From Octopus vulgaris (Eukaryota), in assembly GCA_951406725.2 (NCBI GenBank), contig OX597827.1, forward strand, positions 29,202,001 to 29,266,000: a DNA stretch of 64,000 nt, read 5' to 3'. The number at the start of each line of letters is the position of its first letter. Position 1 is the stretch's first letter. Made by a program: the position numbers and the translations under genes. The notes beneath the pieces were generated by a model. That model had not been told where the DNA came from. It searched no databases and saw only the letters and a program-made list of their open reading frames with translations. Positions 27,932-38,816 of the stretch are shown here, in pieces.

Positions 27932-28015
27932 GGCGACTCGCTGACGAAGCTAGCCTTAGCAAACATATTCTGTGTTTTGCTAGAAAGAAGCAGAAACCGT
28001 GCAGTTCGAGTTGTT
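27932..28015 (+). ncRNA. Type I hammerhead (456-bp unit)
   Basis: GGCGACTCG-CTGACGA-A GCT...AGC A-GAAAC-CGTGCA-GTT^-CGAGTTGTT; 9-bp stem I. Confidence 0.75.
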
Positions 28016-28387
28016 ATAGTTATCGGTAAACGTTTTTGATTTTCACTCTCGATAAATTCATCCCCTTTTTGTGTTCCCAGCACTCGGCATCTTAATTTAG
28101 GAGCCCTTAATTGTATAACTACATGAATAATATTTTTCTATATGAATAATATTTTTGTCTTATGACTAATTCGTCTTTTGTGCTGGGCACCTGGTGGTAA
28201 ATAATATTACTACCCTTCTTGTTTATATTCGCATATTACATGATGGATTTATTCGTAAAATTCTTCCCGGCATGCCCTATACTGACGTGTAAGTTTTGCG
28301 TCTGCGCAGAGATTTGAAAAGTTAAGATCTGCTAGTAGTCGAGATCAACACATGGTCCCACATCGCTGCAGACCTCGATTCAATCTA

Positions 28388-28471
28388 GGCGACTCGCTGA
28401 CGAAGCTAGCCTTAGCAAACATATTCTGTGTTTTGCTAGAAAGAAGCAGAAACCGTGCGGTTCGAGTTGTT
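28388..28471 (+). ncRNA. Type I hammerhead (456-bp unit)
   Basis: GGCGACTCG-CTGACGA-...-GAAAC-CGTGCG-GTT^-CGAGTTGTT. Stem III is near-palindromic (AACCG TG CGGTT). Confidence 0.8.
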
Positions 28472-28676
28472 AAAGTTATCGGTAAACGTTTTTGATTTTC
28501 ACTCTCGATAAATTCATCCCCTTTTTGTGTTCCCAGCACTCGGCATCTCAATTTAGGAGCCCTTAATTGTATAACTACATGAATAATATTTTTCTATATG
28601 AATAATATTTTTGTCTTATGACTAATTCGTCTTTTGTGCTGGGCACCTGGTGGTAAATAATATTACTACCCTTCTT

Positions 28677-28729
<53 letters not shown>

Positions 28730-28801
28730 CATATATTCACATATATTCACATATACCTAGACAGATAATACATACATACATACATAGTCAGACATGCAGG
28801 C

Positions 28802-28887
<86 letters not shown>

Positions 28888-29097
28888 GCAGAAAAATACA
28901 TAGATACATACATACATACCTGTATACAAATATATGGGTGTATGTGTGTGTGTATACAGATATGTTTCTCATCGCCACACACCTCTTCCTTTCAGTCAAG
29001 CTCTCTCTCTTTTTCTCTCTCACTCGCATGGTCTCTATCTATATGAAGTGTGATTGCGGTACGTATTAGCTACATAATTATGCATTGTCTTGGCGAT

Positions 29098-29160
29098 CCC
29101 ACTGACGAAGTACGAATGACAAATTGATTCAGTTCTTCGTTACAGAAACTGGAGTTTGGG
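29098..29160 (+). ncRNA. Type I hammerhead ribozyme
   Basis: CCCA-CTGACGA-A GTACGAA...TTCGTTAC A-GAAAC-TGGA-GTT^-TGGG. Confidence 0.78.
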
Positions 29161-30151
29161 GTTAAGTATAATTTTTTTTTTTCGTTTTCTTTGGAATTAT
29201 TTCTTTTCGTGGTTTCCATTTGATTGCTCTTTCTAGCATGTAAGGCGTCCTGTCAAGGGTCACCTCTCTGTGTATAAATATTTATGAGGGTGATCCTCTT
29301 CAGTCATGACTGACCATGGGATTGCACCTAGAAAGTTCCCTTCCCAGGCACACAAGTTCGGGCAAGGTTGTTTATGGAAAGCCAGCAGTCACCCATACAT
29401 ACCAACCTCCCTCTCCACACCACTGATGTTATCCAAGGAAAAGGCAAATGTGCCGATATAGCTTGGCACCAGTGACGTCGCAACTCATTTCGACAGATGA
29501 GTGAACTGAAAGAGCTGAGTATCTTGTTCAAGAACACAACACTCAGCCCGGTCCGAGAATTGAACTCACAACCTCACGATCATTATTTCGACGCTCTAAC
29601 CACTGAGCCACGTGCCTTCACATCTTATAAATACTTATACCTTCTTATATATGTTAGTTTTTATGAATTTGTGTTGTAAGATTCCTTATGTGAAGTCGTG
29701 TGTTGGAACAGATATTGTATTTCGGAATAGTCTCTCTTTTTTGACAAATAAGCAGACGCATTCTAACTCATGTCATAGGCAGAGCAAGAGCACACACGAA
29801 CACGGAAAGTGTCACTGAAGAGGTCACAGATGTGCGATGAAAGACTTCCGGACAATGGACATAGAAAAAGAACAGTAATAAACGAGTGACGGACGAAAAA
29901 TGTGCGCGTGTTTATTTGGCCAAAAACAATATTACCGAAATACGACAATATATATATATGTGTGTCTGTGTGTGTGTTTGTAACATATATGCATACATAA
30001 GGGTATGCGGTTGAGAGCGCGTGTGTGTACATATATACATAAATAGAGAGAGAGGGAGAGAGAGAGAAAGTGAGACATGGAGAAGCAGAAACTGGATACA
30101 TATATATATACATAACACAATGGAGTTGTAAGCTACCGCACGAGTGGAATT

Positions 30152-30862
30152 ATATATGAAAGAAGGTTTGAAAATGCAATTTTAAAAGATGTTTATTTAC
30201 TTTATCGGTTTCACTTTTTTAGAAAAATCTTGTCAAATGTAACATGTAAAAGCTTGGTTGTGTTAGGTACTGGTTGTCATGTTATCTTAACATGGTGAAT
30301 CAGGTCAGTTAAAGCTAACCTACTACTAAAATGTAAACTTTTTTAAACTTATAATATTCTGTGTATATATATACAGATACAATACCAATATTTCACTGAA
30401 CTTTTTAATAATTTCTTCCGGAAACTATCTTTAACATTTTCTTGAGAATGTATATATATATTGTAATCTTTTGTGCCCAATATTTTAATGAACTTGTTAA
30501 ACTTTTTTATATTTTCCCAAGATTTTCCCTTGTAAACTCATCTTAACATGTTCTTATTATCAAGGACTGTATATGTATATTGAAATATTTTGTGACAACC
30601 AGTACCTGGCACAACCAAGGTTGTGTGCCCAATATTTTGATGAACTTGTTAAACTTTTTTATATTTTCCCAAGATTTTCCCTTGTAAACTGTTCTTAACA
30701 TGTTCTTGTTATCAAAGAATGTATATATATATTGTAGTATTTTGTGACAACCAGTACCTAACACAACCAAGCTTTTACATGTTACTTTTGACAATCTTTC
30801 TCTAAAAAAGAGAAACCGGTAAAGTAAATAAACATCTTTTAAAATTGCATTTTCAAACCTTC

Positions 30863-30870
<8 letters not shown>
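30152..30870. repeat. AT-rich element with ~125-bp inverted ends and an internal direct duplication
   Basis: 30152-30278 is the reverse complement of ~30744-30870. 30472-30610 recurs at 30625-30765. Bounded by AT-repeat. Confidence 0.7.
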
Positions 30871-30931
<61 letters not shown>

Positions 30932-30937
<6 letters not shown>

Positions 30938-31475
30938 AAGAGGCTTCCAAATAGGAAATCGTTGTTTTAGAAGGAGCAGTAGAAATCTCAAGACCACAAA
31001 AAAGGATAAATTCACGAAAGGAATGAAAATTAAAAACGTTTACCATCTCAACTATTTTCCAGACTGCGGTTTCTAACTATTTCCAGCAAAAATATATTTA
31101 CTGAAAGCCAGTTTTCTTCAGTGGGATAGCCTTTAAAATTCAGACATACAGACTGCTAGATCCACATGTAGAACTAACGGTTTGTAAACCCTAACTTTTC
31201 AAACCACTGCGCAGACACAGATTATACTCGGCGACAGAGAGGATGCCGGTAAAAATTTCGAACGAATTTATCAAGCAATATTTAAACATAATAAAATAGG
31301 GTAATAATAAATTATTATTACCAGTGGCCTAGCACAAAAAACGAATTAGTCATTAGACTATATATTATTCATATAGAAATACAATAAGAGGCTTCCAAAT
31401 AGGAAAGCGTTGTACTAGAAAGAGCAGTAGAAATCTCAAGACCACAAAAAAATTTATTATTACCCTATTTTATTA
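30932..31475 (-). mobile_element. 448-bp monomer plus partial repeat, retrozyme-like, related to the 456-bp family
   Basis: Direct repeat 30932/31380. Shares blocks (TGCGCAGAC; AGCACAAAA.ACGAATTAGTCAT.AGAC) with the 456-bp unit. Has a short inverted tail at 31451-31475 and (AT)n flanks. Confidence 0.8.
31051..31130 (-). ncRNA. Type I hammerhead ribozyme
   Basis: Minus strand: GCTAT C CCA-CTGAAGA-A AACT...AGTT A-GAAAC-CGCA-GTC^-TGG AAA ATAGT. Confidence 0.75.
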
Positions 31476-31499
31476 TATATATATATATATATATATACA

Positions 31500-32475
31500 G
31501 TGTACACATAAGAGGTAACCATCATAGGACTACCTACACGCTAGAGAGGACGGTTAAATTCGGAACCACTATTACAGACAGAAATCGCAGGAAATAAAAA
31601 ATAAAACATTTACCATCTAACTCCTGAACCAATGGTTTCAGACACTTTTTAACAAACAAAATAATTTGCTAGGCGAAGCCTTCTTCAGCAAGTACAGCTT
31701 AGACTAAATATATATACACAAGGCAATTCAGTATATGCCCCGTGCTTATACATTCTAATTTTTCAAATCTACCGCGCAAGCGCAGCTCGCTGTAAGCAGT
31801 AAATAACTACGCCGGCTTTTTCATTTCGAAAGTTATCTAAAAAATTATCAATAATTAATGTGATCAAAGGGTAATCGGAAATATTAGAAATTTCCATTAT
31901 CAGTGTCCCAGCGTGTAAAGTTTTAGTCAATAGACTATATATTATTAATATAAATATAGTGTACATTTAAACACATAAGAGGTAGCCATCATAGGACTAC
32001 CTACACGCTGGAGAAGACAGTTAAATTCCGAACCACTATCAGAGATAGAAATCGAAGGGAATGAAAGATGAAAAATAAAAACATTTACCATCTAACTCCT
32101 GGGTCAATAGTTTCGGACATTTTTAGCAAATAAAATAATTTGAAAAGCGGAGCCTTCTTCATCAGGAACACTTTAGACTAAATATGCATACAAGAGGCAA
32201 TTCAGCTAAAAAAAAAAGTCTGAAACCATTGGTCCAGAAGTTAGATGGTGAATGTTTTTATTTTTCATTTTTTATTCCCCTCGATTTCTATCTCTAATAG
32301 TGGTTCCGAATTTAACTGTCTTCTCTAGCATGTAGGTAGTCCTATGATGGCGACCTCTTATGTGTTTAAATGTACACTGTATTTATATGAATAATATATA
32401 GTCTATTGACTAAAACTTTACACGCTGGGACACTGGTATGGAAATTTCTAATATGTCCGATTACTGCTTGATAAT
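31500..32475 (-). mobile_element. ~467-bp monomer, ~1.5 diverged tandem units plus an inverted segment (32210-32475), retrozyme-like
   Basis: Direct repeat 31504/31971. 32210-32475 is an inverted copy of ~31870-32125. HHR at 31623-31692 and a decayed copy at ~32098-32168. (AT)n flanks. Confidence 0.8.
31623..31692 (-). ncRNA. Type I hammerhead ribozyme
   Basis: Minus strand: CTTG-CTGAAGA-AGGC...GTCT-GAAAC-CATTG-GTT^-CAGG. Confidence 0.78.
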
Positions 32476-32499
32476 ATTAATTATATATATATAAAAACA

Positions 32500-32561
<62 letters not shown>

Positions 32562-32612
32562 TATATGTATATATACATACATATATGTATGTATCTGTGT
32601 GTATATATATAT

Positions 32613-32687
<75 letters not shown>

Positions 32688-33376
32688 CACATACATTAGA
32701 ATGAAAAAACTACAGGAGACTAGAATTATATGATTAAAAATATATTCAAATTGTCATGTTTCGAAAATGTTATAAAATTGTATACACAGCAGCATTTTTC
32801 TGGAGAAATAACGGTTTCGTATTTTCTTTTCAAATTTCTCAATTTTCTTTATCTTCGCTATGGTGTGATGTAAAAGAGTTCCAACAGTGGGAGGTTATCA
32901 GGGATGTTTTCGGCATAAGGAAGATAATCAAAATGTTGGGAAAGATAAGGTTTGATATGATTTGGTTACCATAGAATAAAATGCGAGAATTGGTTAAGTT
33001 TTGGCTTATATTTTTCAATGAGGTAAGTTTCCTTATTTAAAATGTTAGAAAGGGTTAGGTTTTGACTTATATCTTTCAATGAAGTAGGTTTCCTTATTTA
33101 ATCTAACATGTGTTGATGTTCCAATGGCACATTGATAAAATGGAAACATTACAAATTGTGGTAGCAGTTGCTTTACACACCTCTCAATGTGTTCACGAAA
33201 GGGTACACATCTGTACTCTGAGAATGCATTTGTTAGATCAATGAAGGCCATCTACGTCTGAGCGATAACCCTGTGGACTCTAATGTAGTTTTGGTGGCAG
33301 CCTGAGCATCTTATAACTTAAAGCAGGTTTTCTGAGGCACAAAATTTGATTTTGAATTTTTGTCCCTCTTTGTATA

Positions 33377-33453
<77 letters not shown>

Positions 33454-33457
<4 letters not shown>

Positions 33458-36400
33458 GTCATCCTTTTTGTCTCGGGAGACAATGGAGTTGCGCATAAAG
33501 CAGTCTAGTCCGGCTTTTACATTTCATGTCCTGATATATTTCCTGCTGTGGCTGTGTAGTCCTATCCTGGACAAACACTCCCTCTGGCAGGTACCGCAAA
33601 TGTAGCGAATACTGTTCCTGGCTGGTTGTAATGCCATAGTTTCTTGTTGACGTCTTTTCTTGTCTTTCCATTTCTCCTCTCTCTCTCTCTCTGTCACTCC
33701 TTTGTATTCCCTCTCTTACGGTACATCGCCAGTCTCCACGGTTGCCGGCAACTGCCTCCCAACTGCTAATATTGATGTTGCAGGCCTTCATGTCCCTTTT
33801 GCAAACATCCTTGTAACGTAAGAGCGGTCTACCCACAGACCTAGTACCCCTAGCAAGCTCTCCGTAGAGTATGTCCTTGGGGATTCTGCCATCTTTCATA
33901 CGGCTAACATGCCCAAGCCATCTCATACGTCTTTGTGTGAGGAGTGCAAACATGCTTGGCATTCCTGCTTGCCTGAGGACATCTTTGTTGGGGATATGGT
34001 TCTGCCATTTGATGCGGAGGATTTTCCGGAGGCAGCGCAGGTGAAAGATGTTTAGGCGACGCTCTTGGCGTGTGTATAGCGTCCAAGTCTCACTTCCATG
34101 CAGTAGAGTGCTAAGTACACATGCCTGGTAGATCTTCATTTTCGTGGTCTTGGTCAGCTTATTGTTGTCCCAAGCCCGTTTGGAGAGTTGGGCCATCGCA
34201 GCAGCTGCCTTGCCAATGCGTATATTGAGCTCAGCGTCGAGGGATAGGTTGTAGGTGACGGTAGAGCCCAGATAGGTAAACTTCTCCACCTCTTGTAATC
34301 TGTGGTCTCCAATATGTATGTTTGGGATGTCCGATGTAGCCTGACCCATGATGTTGGTCTTCTTAAGGCTGATAGCTAAGCCAAAGTCGTTACATGCTTG
34401 CTCAAAACAGTTAATGAGCCTTTGGGGGGATTCTTCTGTGTGTGATACAAGAGCGGCATCATCAGCAAATAGCATCTCCTTGATCAGGACGTTTCTGATT
34501 TTGGTCTTGGCACGCAGGCGCGAGAGATTGAACAGTTTCCCGTCACTTCTACTGTGCAGAAACACTCCATCATCTGATGTCTGAAAGGCATGTGAGTGTA
34601 AGAGCGAGAAGAAGATGCCAAACAATGTAGGAGCGAGGACACAACCTTGCTTTACCCCGTTTTTTATTTGGAAGGCGGCTGATGTTGAACCGTTGTGCTG
34701 TATGGTGCCTTGCATGTCGTCATGGAAAGACTTGATGATCCTCAGCAGCTTTGGTGGACATACGATTTTTTGGAGCAGGTTGAACAGGCCTGTTCTACTT
34801 ACCGAGTCAAAGGCCTTTGTTAGATCAATGAAGGCCATATATAATGGCATTCTCTGCTCTCTGGACTTCTCCTGAAGTTGGCGTATGGAGAATATCATAT
34901 CGATAGTTGATCTGCTTCTTCTAAAGCCACACTGCGATTTCGGATAGATTCGAGAAGCAAGTTGTTGTAGCCTGGCCAGGATAACGCGGGCAAAGGTCTT
35001 TCCAACAGTGCTTAGAAGAGATATTCCACGGTAATTGTTACAATCACCACGGTCACCTTTGTTTTTGTAAAGCGTAATGATGTTAGCATCCCGCATATCT
35101 TGAGGGACTGTACCCTCTTCCCAGCACTGACACAGAAGCTCATGAAGGTGCCGAAGTAGGATGGTGTTTTTGCCGGCTTTGATGATCTCTGAGGGGATGC
35201 CGTCTTTTCCCGGAGCCTTGTTTCTTGCTAGGGAGTCAACAGCCTTGATGAGCTCTGCTATAGATGGCGGACTGTCAAGTTCGCACATGACTGGCAAGAT
35301 CTTGACACTCTCGACTGCAGCCTCAGTCACTGTAGTCTCCCGTGAGTAGAGATCCTGGTAGTGCTCCACCCATCTATCCATTTGCTTGCTTTGATCCCTG
35401 ATGATATTTCCAGTAGTTGATTTCAGAGGGGCTGACTTGGTTGCGGATGGACTGAGGGCCTTCTTCAAACCGGCATACATCTCACGGGTGTCGCCACTGT
35501 CAGCAGCTGACTGGATACTCTGACAGATTTCCTGCCAATACCTATTTGCATAGCGTCTGGCTGTCAGTTGGGTTTTATTTCGTGCCTTTCTGAGTTCTTC
35601 GAGTGACTTTGTAGAAGAGTCACTCTTATATTGCATCAGAGCTACACGCTTTGCTTCGATAACTGGCTCCAGCTCTGAGAGCCCAGCATTGAACCAATCT
35701 GGGTTTTGCCTTTCTCTCATGCCGAAAGTATCTATTGATGTCGTATACAAAGCTTCCCTGATATAGTTCCACCTACTTTCAGCAGAGGAGGTTTGGCAGC
35801 CACTGAGGGCAACCTTGATAGAAGCAGCAAAACATTTTCGCAGTGTAGGGTCCGAGGTTCTGGCACTGTTAATGCGTGGTCGGCCCACTTTCTTGGAGCA
35901 ATGGACTTTTTTAGGTAGAATCCTCACCCTACTTCTAATTAGTGAGTGGTCTGTGTCACAATCCGCGCTGTGGTAACTGCGGGTCAATAGAGTAGAATTC
36001 AGGAAGGATCTCCGTGTAATGATGAGATCCAGCTGATACCAGTGGTGAGATCTTGGATGTCTCCAAGATGTCTTGTGGGATGGCTTGTTGGTAAAGAATG
36101 TGTTTGTGATGCACAGGTTGTGGTATGTGCAGAATTCGAGTAGTCTCTGACCATTGTCGTTCATGTTGCCAATACCAAAGTGTCCTACACAAATGGGCCA
36201 CAAATCGTGGTCAGATCCCACGCGAGCGTTAAAATCCCCTAGAAGGTAGATATTTTCAGTCGTTGGTATATTTTCTATGACACAGTTGAGATCTTTGTAG
36301 AACTGGTCCTTGGTCTCTTCTGAGCTGTAGAGAGTGGGAGCATAGATGCTGAGTAGATGTACTGAGCCAGAAGAAGTCGAGAGGCGCAGTGAGAGGCTAC

Positions 36401-37339
36401 GCACAGTGCCTCATGATGGTGGTACTATTGAGGAGAGTAGTGAGTTTCTCACTGCAAAGCCAACGCCATGTTGACGAGGTTCTTCTGGATCTCTTCCCTG
36501 CCAAAAGAAGGTGAAATCCTGCTCTTTGAGTTTGCCGTTTGGGGGAAGTCTTGTCTCCTGTAGCCCAGCAATGTCTATGTTGAGCCTCTTTAGTTCACGG
36601 TCAATGATGGCCGTTTTCCTTGTGTCTTCAACCCTGAGTAGATCATCAGATATTCCAGGGCACACGGTCCTGACATTCCAGCCTGCCAGCCGCAGGCCTG
36701 GTGTTTTCTTGACTTTTAGTTGTTTGCCTGGTGCAGAGGTTGCAGGCCGCTTTTCAAGTCATACTCTTAGCTCCAAGCACCCAATGAAGCAGGCGGCCTG
36801 TGGCGGGTCAGCACCTTATTAACTGGGGGCTGCCCAGCTTGAGGTGGGCAGTAGCTAACCAATGGGACACGGAGGTCCCTCCCACCGTCAGAGGTAACCC
36901 GTAGCGCCCATATCTTACGCCAATCTGAATGGACTTATCACTCGTGACTGTTACCTCCCGTGTTGTTTCTGCAGCTATTTACAGCAGCACTGAAGTGTCC
37001 TCTCCAGTTTTGCGCAGGCCTGGGCTAGAGATAAGAAAGTCCTGGGTAGCCCAATCGTCAGGTTTTTTCTCTCGACCTTGCTGATGTAATCCAAAGGAGT
37101 ACAGTGCATTACGTTTGGCACCAGCTTGGTTGCAGGAGCTGCTGAAAGAGTGTCGAGTCGAACACTAGACCACCTTCGGTGCTCCACTCCGGATTTCTTT
37201 GAAGGTTGTCTCCTTTCCGTAACCCTGGATAGGGGCCCATACCGGGTACTGTCAGCCGGAGCCAGCTGAGCCCGGAACTCGTATCAGGCAGGGTCGTCAC
37301 TCTCTGAAGTAGTGAAGAAGTTCGCTACCCACTACCTTT
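33454..37339 (-). mobile_element. Full-length RTE-clade (BovB-like) LINE
   Basis: ~600-bp 5' UTR, single APE-RT ORF, very short 3' UTR ending in (TA)n. Both ends sit in AT-repeat. Confidence 0.93.
33459..36750 (-). pseudogene. RTE ORF: AP endonuclease + reverse transcriptase (one in-frame TGA at 36411-36413; probable frameshift in (AG)n near 33690)
   Basis: GWNVRT, GLQETR, LGDFNARVG, DCDTDH, NYRGISLLS, QCGFR, FIDLTKAFD, GVKQGCVLAP, LFADD, FTYLGS, RWLGHVSRM. Start coordinate is approximate. Confidence 0.93.
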
Positions 37340-37517
37340 ACATATATATATATATCAGTGTGTGTGTATACATACTCGATCTAAATTCAGGACCAGGTAC
37401 TGTAATAGTCTAGCGTTCAAAGGCCCACAGCTCTCCAATGCCTTGCACAAAATTAAACATAATCTGCATATGGTGGAAGTAGAAACGAGAAAAGAATATA
37501 TGTATAAAATGTACACA

Positions 37518-37599
<82 letters not shown>

Positions 37600-37604
37600 T
37601 GGAT

Positions 37605-37650
<46 letters not shown>

Positions 37651-38312
37651 TAAATTAGAGATAAAAACACTATTAGGCAAATCAAACAGTGAAAATCATA
37701 AACCAATACATAGAAATAAATTAATTAATAAAATATAAAATTCAAAAATTTAGAGATAAATGAAGAGATCTGTTTTATGTTGGGAACCACACTTCTTACC
37801 ACATAGCCACGCCGGTGAACTTTATTTCTATAGTTGCAACTTCATGGGTTGTTTTATGTACAATTGAACTGGAATCTTCCATGCACAAACGAGAATGAAA
37901 CTTAATGATAAAATGTTCTGTTAAACAATGCAGAATGATAATTAGAGAATCTAATGTTTTAATTTATTCTAATCCACTTAGCTATTAATGGTTTATAGGA
38001 TTTTTGATTTTAGCAATGGTAAAATATATCAGAAAACTTATCCGTAAAGACTGATAATATAATAAATGATACAATAAAAAAAATGATATCGTTAAATGAT
38101 AGTTTCATTTGGATTTTTCAATTTTATGGATTTCCAGTAGTTGGAGGAATGGAAAACGTTGTCAAAATGGAATTGGTGAGCTGAAAAGCAATAAAGGAAT
38201 AATTATACTGAGTAGATGATAGATAGGTGATTAGGAGAGATAGATATGGATATAGATTGATAGGTTGGTAGATAGATAGATATAGATGCAGATAGATAGA
38301 TAGATAGATAGT

Positions 38313-38388
<76 letters not shown>

Positions 38389-38438
38389 CAGACAGATAGA
38401 TAGATACAAAGATAGATAGATAGATAGATAGATAGATC

Positions 38439-38523
<85 letters not shown>

Positions 38524-38816
38524 CTTTTTATTGTAGCCACACAGGGCTAAACACAGAATAAAAATGGACGAAATACAATGTAGAATTTTTTTCTTTTCGA
38601 GGTGGGATGGGTGGGGCACAAAAAAGAAAAAAAAAACGTTTGATCAATAGGGATCTGTGGGTTGTGTGGTGTATAAAAAAGCAATATATATATATATAAA
38701 GTTCACAGTTTAGGTGTAGCCTTGGAAAAAAAACCTACAAAAAGACCAAGGTCACCTCAGACAGTTCGAAAATGAACACATGAATAAGTCACCTTACCTC
38801 TCGTTGTCTCTTTTGG

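Larger units (their letters stand above)
26655..28683. repeat. 456-bp monomer in two head-to-head arrays (~2.3 + ~2.1 units), candidate retrozyme concatemer
   Basis: Units at 26655, 27111 and 27567, then inverted from ~27720 to 28683. About 99% identity, one HHR per unit, (AT)n on both sides. Confidence 0.92.

Noticed and set aside
26574-28551. Repeated 64-aa ORF (LGTQKGDEF...) in the 456-bp repeat
   Set aside because: GTG start, antisense to the hammerhead, no protein motif.
33228-33251. Short match to the RTE (MAFIDLT) outside the element
   Set aside because: Only ~22 bp; likely a scrap of another RTE copy and not interpretable.
36411-36413. In-frame TGA in the RTE ORF as possible selenocysteine; also checked the PLE ORFs because some Naiads are selenoproteins
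   Set aside because: The TGA is not at a conserved Cys and no SECIS is evident. The PLE breaks are frameshifts or TAA, not TGA at Cys positions.
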